Positions 56,020-64,000 of a DNA stretch of 64,000 nt are shown in pieces. How positions within the stretch are numbered: position 1 is the stretch's first letter; each line of letters opens with the position of its first letter. The DNA is taken from positions 1,248,001 through 1,312,000 of the forward strand of contig CBDCTZ010000016.1 in the NCBI GenBank assembly GCA_965222375.1, written 5' to 3'. The DNA comes from Polyangiaceae bacterium (lineage in GTDB: Bacteria; Myxococcota_A; Polyangia; Polyangiales; Polyangiaceae). Both the position numbers and the translations under genes were made by a program. The notes below the pieces were generated by a model, which was not told the origin of the DNA, ran no database searches, and saw only the letters and a program-made list of their open reading frames with translations.

Positions 56020-57833
56020 ATTCCCTCCTCATTGCCCCAAGCGGCACGTCGACTGCGTCTCCTCACTATCAGCGGCAGCATGGCGAGCGCGGTGAACCAC
56101 CACGGGTTGCTCTTCTGTCGCGTTGGCACCCGGCAGCCGCAGCCCGAGTCGCCTTCACTGCCACCACCTGCGTTGTTCGCCCCGCTGCCGCTGGATCCCG
56201 CGCTTCCCGCAGCGCCTCCGCTTGAGCTCCCGCCCTGCCCGGCGCCCGCGGCGCTGCCGCCGGCACCTGAGCCAGAACTCCCACCCGCGCCGCTGCCTGC
56301 GGCGCCACCGAGGCGCTTCTTGCGCATCGCAACCCACAGGTTCGGCGGATCCAGATCGGAAGGCGCGATGCCCTCGAACCACCAGTCGTAGGGCGAAGTT
56401 GCCGAGGTGGCTGCGGTGCGGAAGCCCACGTAGTTCATACGCGGACCGTAATCGTCCTTCGCCAAGCTCATGTCCTGGTCTGCGGTTACGTTCCAGAGTG
56501 TGTCGTAGGCGGCGGTGTGTGGTCCTCGATTCGCTGAGCCACCACTCTTCCATGGCCGCGTCCCGGCGCCGCAATCCACCTCGGTCCAGAGCGTGGCATA
56601 GGGCGCAGCGCGATGATGGTCCATGGCCAGGTCGGCGCCGCGGCCTTGGGTCACGACAATACCCGTCGCATACCATTCGTTGGTGATGTCGTGGATCATC
56701 TGCGTCTTGATGTCGAAACCGATGAACAGGTTGTCGCCACCGTGGCCATTGTTGAGGCCGTGGTGACCACTGCGGTTGTTGTCGGCCTCGATCACGACAT
56801 CCTGGACCGTCACGAAGTGCCCGTGGGTCACGTTCACAGCGTAGTCAGCATTGGATATGCGTACGTTGCGCACCCAGGAGTCCTGCAAATTGTGAAAGTG
56901 GATCGCGTTGTAGCCTTGCTCCTTGAAATGCCCCGGGTAAGTCGTAGTCGGGAACTCGATCGCCAGGTGTTCCACTCCGACCTCACTGCTTTTTGGCACC
57001 ACGCTCTTCACCGTGGGCTTCCAAGGCAGCTCGATGTCGACGGGGATGGCACGCTCGATGTCGATGCTGCCGCTGCCGACTGCAGTGACGCGGGTATAGA
57101 AATCCATGCCCTTGTCGCCGATGTTGTCGTCGCCCCCGGGTAGCAGGTCCGCGTGCAGTCGCTTGATCAAGTCCCCGTTGACATCGGTCTGCTCGATCTG
57201 GATCCAGTCCCCGACTTTGATTCCTGTGGTGGTATCCAGGCTCAGCTTGGTGTCGCCCCGCTTGGCGGCCTGCGTGACGTCCGCGAGCTTCTTGCCGCTG
57301 TCGCCCCCGTCGGCCTCGATGAACGCTGCCCCGAAGGAGTAGCTGGATTTGCCCCCGCCGCTCAGCCCGGTATTGCCATAAGCGTCGGTCAAGCTGACGG
57401 GGATGTCCAAGATGGTCTTGCTCGGGCCCGCGCCCTGAAGCACCACGCCGCTGTCGAGGGTCAGCTTCTTCTTGATGATGAACTTGCCTGCTGGGATTCC
57501 GATGACATCGCCAGATTTCGCCGCTGAAAGCGCCGCCTCAAAGGCTGCGGTGTCGTCGCTGCTGTCGTCAGCCGTCGCGCCGTGGTCGGTGACGCTCAGG
57601 GTTGGGGTGAGGGTCGGTAGGGTTGCTTCACCCGCGCGGTAGCCGGCGTACGACCAGTCCATCAACCGCCCGGTAGGGTCGAATAGTTCGCCACTTGCTC
57701 CCCACAAGGTGGACTGGTTGGGAGTCAGTGCCTCGCCGGTGTGAGCGACGCCCTCCTTCGCAGGCCCATGGCCGCAAGCTGCCGCTGCCGCTAACAGAAT
57801 GAGCGTACACGACGTTCGAAAGTGATGATCCAT
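56016..57833 (-). CDS. Surface beta-helix polysaccharide lyase/hydrolase (Pectate_lyase_3-like) with a MYXO-CTERM-type sorting tail
   Basis: DWSYAGY, SVTDHGATADDSSDDTAAFEAAL, IPAGKF and VVLQGAG; tail DSGCGCRV...WWFTALAMLPLIVRRRSRR. Confidence 0.85.
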   Translation of the reverse strand: MDHHFRTSCTLILLAAAAACGHGPAKEGVAHTGEALTPNQSTLWGASGELFDPTGRLMDWSYAGYRAGEATLPTLTPTLSVTDHGATADDSSDDTAAFEAALSAAKSGDVIGIPAGKFIIKKKLTLDSGVVLQGAGPSKTILDIPVSLTDAYGNTGLSGGGKSSYSFGAAFIEADGGDSGKKLADVTQAAKRGDTKLSLDTTTGIKVGDWIQIEQTDVNGDLIKRLHADLLPGGDDNIGDKGMDFYTRVTAVGSGSIDIERAIPVDIELPWKPTVKSVVPKSSEVGVEHLAIEFPTTTYPGHFKEQGYNAIHFHNLQDSWVRNVRISNADYAVNVTHGHFVTVQDVVIEADNNRSGHHGLNNGHGGDNLFIGFDIKTQMIHDITNEWYATGIVVTQGRGADLAMDHHRAAPYATLWTEVDCGAGTRPWKSGGSANRGPHTAAYDTLWNVTADQDMSLAKDDYGPRMNYVGFRTAATSATSPYDWWFEGIAPSDLDPPNLWVAMRKKRLGGAAGSGAGGSSGSGAGGSAAGAGQGGSSSGGAAGSAGSSGSGANNAGGGSEGDSGCGCRVPTRQKSNPWWFTALAMLPLIVRRRSRRAAWGNEEGI

Positions 57834-58089
57834 GCCAAGAATGTAACATGCGGGTCGCTGTCCGACCTCAGCCTCCCATGGCGCATCCGGTGCGTGGGTC
57901 AAGCGCTGTACAACCGACGCGTTTTGGGCTGTTCGCCCCGTGCAGAGCAAGCAGCCATTCATGACGGGATCTACCCAAAAAACGCGATCCCAAACGCCCC
58001 GCTTCCGGGTGCGTTCTAGTTTCGAACCTCGCTGCCGGCAGCTCCCGCGCGCTATTTGCGCGCAACTTCGGTCAACGTACCGTCCGGCT

Positions 58090-58500
58090 CTAGCGCGACC
58101 CCCCAAATCTCGCTTCGGATCGGTGTGACGTACACGCGCATTCATTGGACGTCCTTGTGGCGTGGACCGCCCTTCACGCGAAGCTTTCTGAGCCAAGCTG
58201 CGAGCTTGGACGTCGAAGGCGCAGCGTTCGCGGCGCTCGGCACGAACGTGGTCGAGATGTCGTTGCGCCTCACACCCGGTCCTCCGCTGAACAAGACCAG
58301 GTCGCCTTCGGGCACCGCAACCACGTCGCTGGAGCGGCGTTCCTCAGTGATGACTTGAATGGGCTTGTGCGGGCCCCCGTCGGCTAGGCGCAACGCACGG
58401 AGTCCGCCATACGTGCCCCTATCGTGTTCCCGATAGGTAAGCATGCAGTTCGCGGGCCCGCAGGCCACCGGAGGACTTCTCTGCGTGCCCGACGGCCCGG
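58090..58500 (-). pseudogene. Probable gene relic, unknown family
   Basis: Protein-like segment PPVACGPANCMLTYREH...LRALRLADG...DISTTFV inside a ~1.1-kb gap with no credible intact ORF. Confidence 0.35.
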
Positions 58501-58959
58501 TGAGTGCGATGGCGGTTTTGTCCAGGTAGCGGCAGGCTCTTTGTTGGGGGGATCGCGGTCAGAGCGACAGGGTGGGTCGTTGGCGGTTTCTATGGGGGAT
58601 GTGCCGGCCCCTGCCGTCATCGAAGGTTCATCGCGGTGCGCCGGGGGGCATCCGCTGAGGGGAGAAGGCTGGACTTCTGGCGCGCTGGCGAAAGTCTACG
58701 GACTGCCCGTGCTGCTGGTCCATGAAGCGCGCTGCCCCACCACTGCAGCACGGCACCCGGGGTGAGTCCCGTTTGCCGCACGCCACCCTCGCGTGACACC
58801 CGTCTGCCGCGTGGCCCCTGCGCGGCTGCCGCGGGAGCCGCGCCGCGGCGCGGGGCCGTGGGACGGACCAAAAACTGCAGTCGCGCCCCGTTTCCCTGCG
58901 GCTCCCCAAAAACCCGGGCTGCAATCCGGTGCACTGATTCTGCTAACCTGCGCCGCTCG

Positions 58960-59841
58960 ATGGCGAGGCGAGTAGTCCGCGTGGGGCTGGTGCAGATGGC
59001 AGCCGGCGAAGACAAAGCTGCGAACCTGAAGAAGGCGGCGGATGGCGTGCGCGACGCCGCCAAGCGCGGCGCGCAAATAGTGTGTTTGCAGGAGTTGTTC
59101 GCGGGGCCGTATTTCTGTCAGGTGGAAGACGCCGCGCTCTTCGATCTGGCCGAGCCCTTGGATGGACCTACCGTCACCGAAGTTGCTGCGGTTGCCAAAG
59201 AGCTTGGCGTGACGATCGTGACCAGCGTGTTCGAGAAGCGCGCGGCGGGCGTGTACCACAACACTGCAGTGGTGCTTGGCGAGCGGGGGGAAACCTTGAG
59301 CGTGTACCGAAAGATGCACATCCCGGACGACCCGCTCTACTACGAGAAGTTCTATTTCACACCAGGAGACCTTGGCTTCGTCAGCGCTGAGACAAAACAC
59401 GCCAACGTGGGCACGCTTGTATGTTGGGACCAGTGGTATCCGGAAGCGGCGCGGCTGACGGCGATGCGCGGCGCGGAGATGTTGTTCTACCCAACGGCCA
59501 TTGGTTGGCATCCGAGCGAGAAAGACGAGTTCGGCGACGCCCAGCTCGCGGCGTGGCAGACGATCCAAAAGAGCCACGCCATTGCCAACGGTGTTTTCGT
59601 GGTCGCAGTCAACCGTGTTGGGCACGAGGGGCCTGAGGATGGGGGTCTGGAGTTCTGGGGGCATTCCTTCATCGTCGACCCGGCCGGAACGGTGATCGCG
59701 GAGGCGGCGCAGGGCGAGCAGGTACTCGTCGCCGAATGCGATCTCGATCAAAGCGAAGAGGTGCGCCGAGGCTGGCCTTTCTTTCGGGATCGTCGCATCG
59801 ATGCTTATGGCGGCCTCACTGAGCGATTTCTCAAGGGCTGA
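58960..59841 (+). CDS. aguB: N-carbamoylputrescine amidase (nitrilase superfamily)
   Basis: CLQELF, YRKMHIPDDPLYYEKFYFTPGD and VCWDQWYPEAAR (E-K-C triad); adjacent to agmatine deiminase. Confidence 0.92.
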   Translation: MARRVVRVGLVQMAAGEDKAANLKKAADGVRDAAKRGAQIVCLQELFAGPYFCQVEDAALFDLAEPLDGPTVTEVAAVAKELGVTIVTSVFEKRAAGVYHNTAVVLGERGETLSVYRKMHIPDDPLYYEKFYFTPGDLGFVSAETKHANVGTLVCWDQWYPEAARLTAMRGAEMLFYPTAIGWHPSEKDEFGDAQLAAWQTIQKSHAIANGVFVVAVNRVGHEGPEDGGLEFWGHSFIVDPAGTVIAEAAQGEQVLVAECDLDQSEEVRRGWPFFRDRRIDAYGGLTERFLKG

Positions 59842-59844
59842 GCC

Positions 59845-61221
59845 ATGGCATTGAAAAGAAGGACGAAGTCACGAGCGGCAACGCCGTCTTCAGGGCCCAA
59901 ACGCGTCAAATCGTCCAAGGGCAGCAAGGCAGGCAAGCCCGCAAGAACCAAGAGTCCAAAGTCGAGCCGCGGCGCGAGTGGCAAGCCGAAGCAGCGTGGC
60001 GCCAGTGCGAAACCAAAGAAGCGCGGCGCGAGTGGTAAGCCGAAGCGGCGTGGCGCCAAGGCTGGAACGCTCAGGGGCGCCGAACTCGCCAAGGCCAAGG
60101 CCCGGAAAGATTCGGCACATGCCCAGGGCTATCGCATGCCGGCAGAGTGGGAGCCCCATGAGGCAACCTGGATTGCGTGGCCCCACAACCGTAGCGATTG
60201 GCCCGGCAAGGGACTGCTGGTGTCGTGGGTGTTCGTGGAGATGGCGCGCCACCTCCAGACGGGGGAGCGCATCCGACTTATCGTGCGGGACAAGCAGGAA
60301 CGAGCACGCGCGTTGAAGGCCATGGCGCGTGGTGGCGTCGAGCGCTCGCGAATCGACGTATTCATCAAGAAGACGGATCGATCTTGGACTCGCGACTCGC
60401 TGCCCACCTTCGTGACCCGCACCGTGAAGTCACCGGGGCCATCGCCGCGTCTTCGTGTCATGAAGCGCGAGGTCGCGGCTGTGAAATGGAAGTTCAATGG
60501 CTGGGCGCGCTACTCGGACCACAAGCTAGACGAAGCCTGCGGGCAAGCCGTCGCCGAGGTTGTGGCGACCAGAGTGTTCCGCCCCAGCGCGCCCACCAAG
60601 AAGAAAAGGCGCCGCGTCGTGTTGGAAGGCGGCGCCATCGACGTGGACGGTCAGGGCACGCTGCTGGTCACGGAGCAGTGCATGCTCAGCGGCGCCTACC
60701 CACGCAATCCCAAGCTGGACAAGGCGGGCATGGAGCGCGTGTTCGAGGACCAGTTGGGGGTCAAGAAGGTGCTGTGGTTGGACGAGGGTATCGTCGGGGA
60801 TGACACGACGGGCCACGTGGACGATTTCGCGCGCTTCGTGGCGCCCGGCGTGATCGCATTGTCTCTGGAATCGAACCGGCGCGACGAGAACTATCGGGCC
60901 TTGGCTGCTGCCAAGGAGCGGTTGCAGGGACAGCGCGACGCACGGGGACGCAAGATCCAAATCGTCGCGCTGCCCATGCCCAACCCGGTGTACTTCGGTG
61001 GGCAACGCCTACCCGCCAGTTACGCGAACTTCTACATCGGCAATCGCGTGGTCTTGGTGCCCACCTTCAACGACCCAAAGGATCGCGTTGCCTTGGGGAT
61101 CATCGCGGGACTGTTCCCCAAGCGCAACGTCATTGGGATCCACTGTCTGGATCTAGTGCTTGGTCTCGGCACCCTGCATTGCAGCACGCAGCAAGAGCCC
61201 GCGGCGGGCACCAGGCGCTAG
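59845..61221 (+). CDS. aguA: Agmatine deiminase with a Lys/Arg-rich N-terminal extension
   Basis: MPAEWEPH, WTRD, FNGW, LEGGAIDVDGQG, DDTTGHVDD, ASYANFY and GTLHCSTQQ. Confidence 0.93.
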   Translation: MALKRRTKSRAATPSSGPKRVKSSKGSKAGKPARTKSPKSSRGASGKPKQRGASAKPKKRGASGKPKRRGAKAGTLRGAELAKAKARKDSAHAQGYRMPAEWEPHEATWIAWPHNRSDWPGKGLLVSWVFVEMARHLQTGERIRLIVRDKQERARALKAMARGGVERSRIDVFIKKTDRSWTRDSLPTFVTRTVKSPGPSPRLRVMKREVAAVKWKFNGWARYSDHKLDEACGQAVAEVVATRVFRPSAPTKKKRRRVVLEGGAIDVDGQGTLLVTEQCMLSGAYPRNPKLDKAGMERVFEDQLGVKKVLWLDEGIVGDDTTGHVDDFARFVAPGVIALSLESNRRDENYRALAAAKERLQGQRDARGRKIQIVALPMPNPVYFGGQRLPASYANFYIGNRVVLVPTFNDPKDRVALGIIAGLFPKRNVIGIHCLDLVLGLGTLHCSTQQEPAAGTRR

Positions 61222-61229
61222 GCAGGCAC

Positions 61230-61802
61230 ATGCAGATCTCGCGGCCGCAGTTCCTGGTGTTGGGCCTAGCTCTGGCTGGTTGTGCGCCGCCGGCGAGAGA
61301 CACGGTGCACCCAGCGATTTGCCATCGCGATCCGGAGGAGTTGCCAAGACTCGACGCGGCCGGGCTTGCTGCCGCTGTCCATCGAGCGTCCCACGTTCTA
61401 CGCGGTCGGGTCCGCTTCACCGGCGACGCGGTCAATCGCGATGGCCGCAGAGAGCAGCGCTACCGCTACATCATCGTCGACGCTTTGGAATTCTTGAAAG
61501 GCGATCCCTGGCAAGTCCCAGGTCGCTATCGCAAGAGCTTCCCAATCCTGGTGCTGGAGGAGGGTCAGAGCGAGAGCCAGCACTTCAACCCGCGGCCCAC
61601 CGACAAGGCTTTGGCCGCGGCGCTAGCCTGTCGGGAAGGGGAAGCGCTGTGGTTCGTGTTGGACCTGCCGGATCCCCAGCGGCGTCCGCTTCACGAAATG
61701 CCGGACCCCGTGCGGCGTTCCTTTGGCCCCTTGGACGTGCGGGTGCATGCTGTCGCGCAAAAAAGTCAACGAGATCAGCTACTTAGCGCAGTGAGTCGTT
61801 AA
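61230..61802 (+). CDS. Hypothetical lipoprotein
   Basis: MQISRPQFLVLGLALAGC lipobox; begins 8 nt after the aguA stop. Confidence 0.7.
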   Translation: MQISRPQFLVLGLALAGCAPPARDTVHPAICHRDPEELPRLDAAGLAAAVHRASHVLRGRVRFTGDAVNRDGRREQRYRYIIVDALEFLKGDPWQVPGRYRKSFPILVLEEGQSESQHFNPRPTDKALAAALACREGEALWFVLDLPDPQRRPLHEMPDPVRRSFGPLDVRVHAVAQKSQRDQLLSAVSR

Positions 61803-61831
61803 CCGTCCGGGAGTCTGGTATTTAACCGGCC

Positions 61832-63073
61832 ATGGCTAAGACACCCCATCTACTTTCCTGGATTCTACTTCCCGTTTCTGCCCTGTCGTTGAATTGCGGC
61901 GCCATCCCCGGCATGCCCGGTGGCGGAGACTGCCCTGAAACTCCTGAAGCCGCGATGAAGGCAGACTTCGGCCTCAAGGCCGAGATGGAGGGCAAAGTGA
62001 AGGCTGCCCTTGCAGCCGGCGCCGCCCTCAAAGGACTTGCTGCCGAGGTCGAAGCGGATGTTGCGACTGCCTGCGGCAACCTCGCCAAGGACCTGGGGGC
62101 CTCCGATGACGACATCGAGCCCGCCGAAGAAGGCCCCGGTAAAAAGGCTGAGGCGGCTTGTCAGGCTGCGGTGAAGGTGTTGGGGGAAGTGAAAGCCAAG
62201 GCCTCGGGCAGCTTGAACGTCAAGGTCGTGCCTCCGAAGTGCTCGGCGTCCATGAGCGCCATGGCCGAGTGTGCCGGCGAGTGCGATGCGACGGTCAAGC
62301 CCGGTGAGGCCAACGTCAAATGCGAGGGTGGGGAAATCAGCGGCAAGTGCGAAGGCAAGTGCGAAGGTTCATGCACTGTCGAAGCCGGTGCGAAATGCGA
62401 GGGCTCATGCTCGGCTAGCTGTGAAGGCTCGTGCGAAGGCAAGTTCAGCGGCAAGTGCGAAGGCAAGTGCGACGGCACCTGCAACGGCGCGAGCACCAGT
62501 GGCGGTGAGTGCGACGGTACCTGCGACGGCACCTGTGAAGGCAGCGGCGAAGGTAGCTGTGCTGGGACCTGCAAGGGCTCCTGCAGCGCCCAGTGCGAGA
62601 TGAAGGGGCAGGCGACCTGCGAAGGCAGTTGCTCCGGTGGTTGCAGTGTCGAGATCAAGGAGCCCAAGTGCAGCGGCGAAGTGAAGCCTCCCGAGATGAG
62701 CGCCGAGTGCAAAGCCAGCTGCGACGCACAGGTCAGCGGCAAGGTGGAGTGCGTTCCCGCACAGGTTCGCGTCAATATCGCTGGCGCAGCCGATGCGGAA
62801 GCAGCCACGAAGCTCAAGGCGGCTCTGAAGGCTAACCTGCCCGCATTGCTCAAGGTCACCCTGGGCATGAAGGCCAAGATCGAGCGCGCCGTCGCCAACG
62901 TGAAGGCCACTTTGGACGGCGTCAAAGCGGTCGTTAAGGGTGGGGGTGCAGCCGCCATCAAGGTCGGCGGCTGCATCGCAGCATCGATCAAAGCGCAGGC
63001 GGAAGCCTCGGTGTCGATCAATGTTTCGGTGAAGGCCAGTGCCAGCGCCAGCGGTTCCGCCGGCGCCGGATGA
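61832..63073 (+). CDS. Myxobacterial Cys-rich lipoprotein with CxGxC repeats flanked by helical regions
   Basis: Signal ending LSLNC; many CEGKC/CDGTC/CEGSC repeats; C-terminal ASVSINVSVKASAS. Confidence 0.85.
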   Translation: MAKTPHLLSWILLPVSALSLNCGAIPGMPGGGDCPETPEAAMKADFGLKAEMEGKVKAALAAGAALKGLAAEVEADVATACGNLAKDLGASDDDIEPAEEGPGKKAEAACQAAVKVLGEVKAKASGSLNVKVVPPKCSASMSAMAECAGECDATVKPGEANVKCEGGEISGKCEGKCEGSCTVEAGAKCEGSCSASCEGSCEGKFSGKCEGKCDGTCNGASTSGGECDGTCDGTCEGSGEGSCAGTCKGSCSAQCEMKGQATCEGSCSGGCSVEIKEPKCSGEVKPPEMSAECKASCDAQVSGKVECVPAQVRVNIAGAADAEAATKLKAALKANLPALLKVTLGMKAKIERAVANVKATLDGVKAVVKGGGAAAIKVGGCIAASIKAQAEASVSINVSVKASASASGSAGAG

Positions 63074-63164
63074 GCTGGTTAGACGCCTAGTTCTGCACTG
63101 ACAAAGCTCTTTGCGCGGCGCTCTGCGCCGCGCTAGGACGCCCCTTATCCAAGGAGGTTTCGTC

Positions 63165-64000
63165 TTGCCCAAGCACGTCCTGATCGCCACCGTGAAGCCC
63201 TTTGCACCTGCTGCTCGAGAGCAGATCGTCAACATCTTGAAAGAGGCCAAGTACGAGACGAGCGTGCTCGAGAAGTATTCGGGCAAGGGTGCGCTGGTCG
63301 AGGCCGCGAAGAATGCGGATGCGATGATCATTCGCAGCGACAAGATCGACACCGAGGTGCTCGCGGCTGCCGACAAGCTCAGCTTGGTCGTGCGTGCGGG
63401 CGCCGGCTACGACAACGTCGACACGGCAGCTGCGAAAGAACGCGGCGTTGCTGTCATGAACACCCCCGGCCAGAACGCCAACGCCGTTGCGGAGTTGGCG
63501 CTGGCGATGATGGTCTACATCGCTCGCAACCAATTCGACGGCACGTCTGGTACGGAATTGATGGGCAAGACCTTGGGCATTCACGCCTTTGGTGCGGTCG
63601 GGCGATCCGTCGCCCGCATTGCCAAGGGATTTGGCATGAACATCATCGCCTTCGACCCCTTCATCGACGCAGCCGCCATGCAGGTTGCGGGTGTTACCGC
63701 CGCCAAGCACGTGGAAGAGGTGTACGAAAAATCCCGCTACGTCTCTTTGCACATCCCCGCCACGCCCGAGACCACGGGTAGCATCGGCAAAGACAAGCTG
63801 ATGCGCATGCCCAAGGGTGCCACTCTGGTGAATACGGCGCGAAAAGAGATCATCAACGAAGCCGAACTGCTCGGCGTGTTGGCCGAGCGCGACGACTTCC
63901 GCTACGCGAGCGACATTCCTCCCACGACGGAGACCTTGGCCAAGCTCAAGGAGCTGTACCCCAAGCGTGTCTACGTCAGCCCAGTGAAGATGGGCGCCCA
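63165..64000 (+). CDS. serA: D-3-phosphoglycerate dehydrogenase, short Lys-type form (3' truncated by window end)
   Basis: SD AAGGAGG then TTG. My translation: MPKHVLIATVKPF...IIRSD...VRAGAGYDNVD...MNTPGQNANAVAEL...HAFGAVG...SLHIP...NTARKE...SPVKMGAQ. Absent from the ORF track because it has no stop in the window. Confidence 0.88.
   Translation, partial: MPKHVLIATVKPFAPAAREQIVNILKEAKYETSVLEKYSGKGALVEAAKNADAMIIRSDKIDTEVLAAADKLSLVVRAGAGYDNVDTAAAKERGVAVMNTPGQNANAVAELALAMMVYIARNQFDGTSGTELMGKTLGIHAFGAVGRSVARIAKGFGMNIIAFDPFIDAAAMQVAGVTAAKHVEEVYEKSRYVSLHIPATPETTGSIGKDKLMRMPKGATLVNTARKEIINEAELLGVLAERDDFRYASDIPPTTETLAKLKELYPKRVYVSPVKMGA

Noticed and set aside
63087..63752. 221-aa minus-strand ORF
   Set aside because: Antisense of the serA-type gene, which has an SD and dehydrogenase motifs on the plus strand.
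1..64000. tRNA, rRNA and CRISPR arrays
   Set aside because: None recognised by eye; tRNAscan-SE/Infernal would be needed to exclude small RNAs formally.

Overview
GC-rich bacterial chromosomal window, most likely Myxococcota (Polyangiaceae-like). This is inferred from the Ser/Thr kinase-PEGA-LamG operon, many Gly/Ser-linker and Cys-rich lipoproteins, a MYXO-CTERM-type tail, and FHA, PilZ and DUF4388 proteins. About 45 genes are supportable, including tsaD, treT, aguB-aguA, a Lys-type serA cut by the window end, a wax ester synthase, a TMTC-like glycosyltransferase and a GT2/GT-C/flippase/methyltransferase surface-modification cluster. The most informative region is a rearranged locus at about 9.8-24.6 kb between a secreted beta-propeller-like gene and an FHA gene. 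It contains a tandem-duplication join point at about 15228, three copies of the FHA 3' end and two vapBC pairs. It also holds a lipoprotein trypsin-like protease overlapping the first of three diversified paralogous lipoproteins; the two downstream copies are each preceded by a relic of the protease C-terminus. That layout resembles a polymorphic effector/orphan-immunity array. Many genes have a TANNNT -10 box 5-8 nt before the start codon, suggesting leaderless mRNAs. I recognised no rRNA, tRNA, CRISPR array, integrase or transposase. All family assignments come from motif recognition by eye, not database searches.
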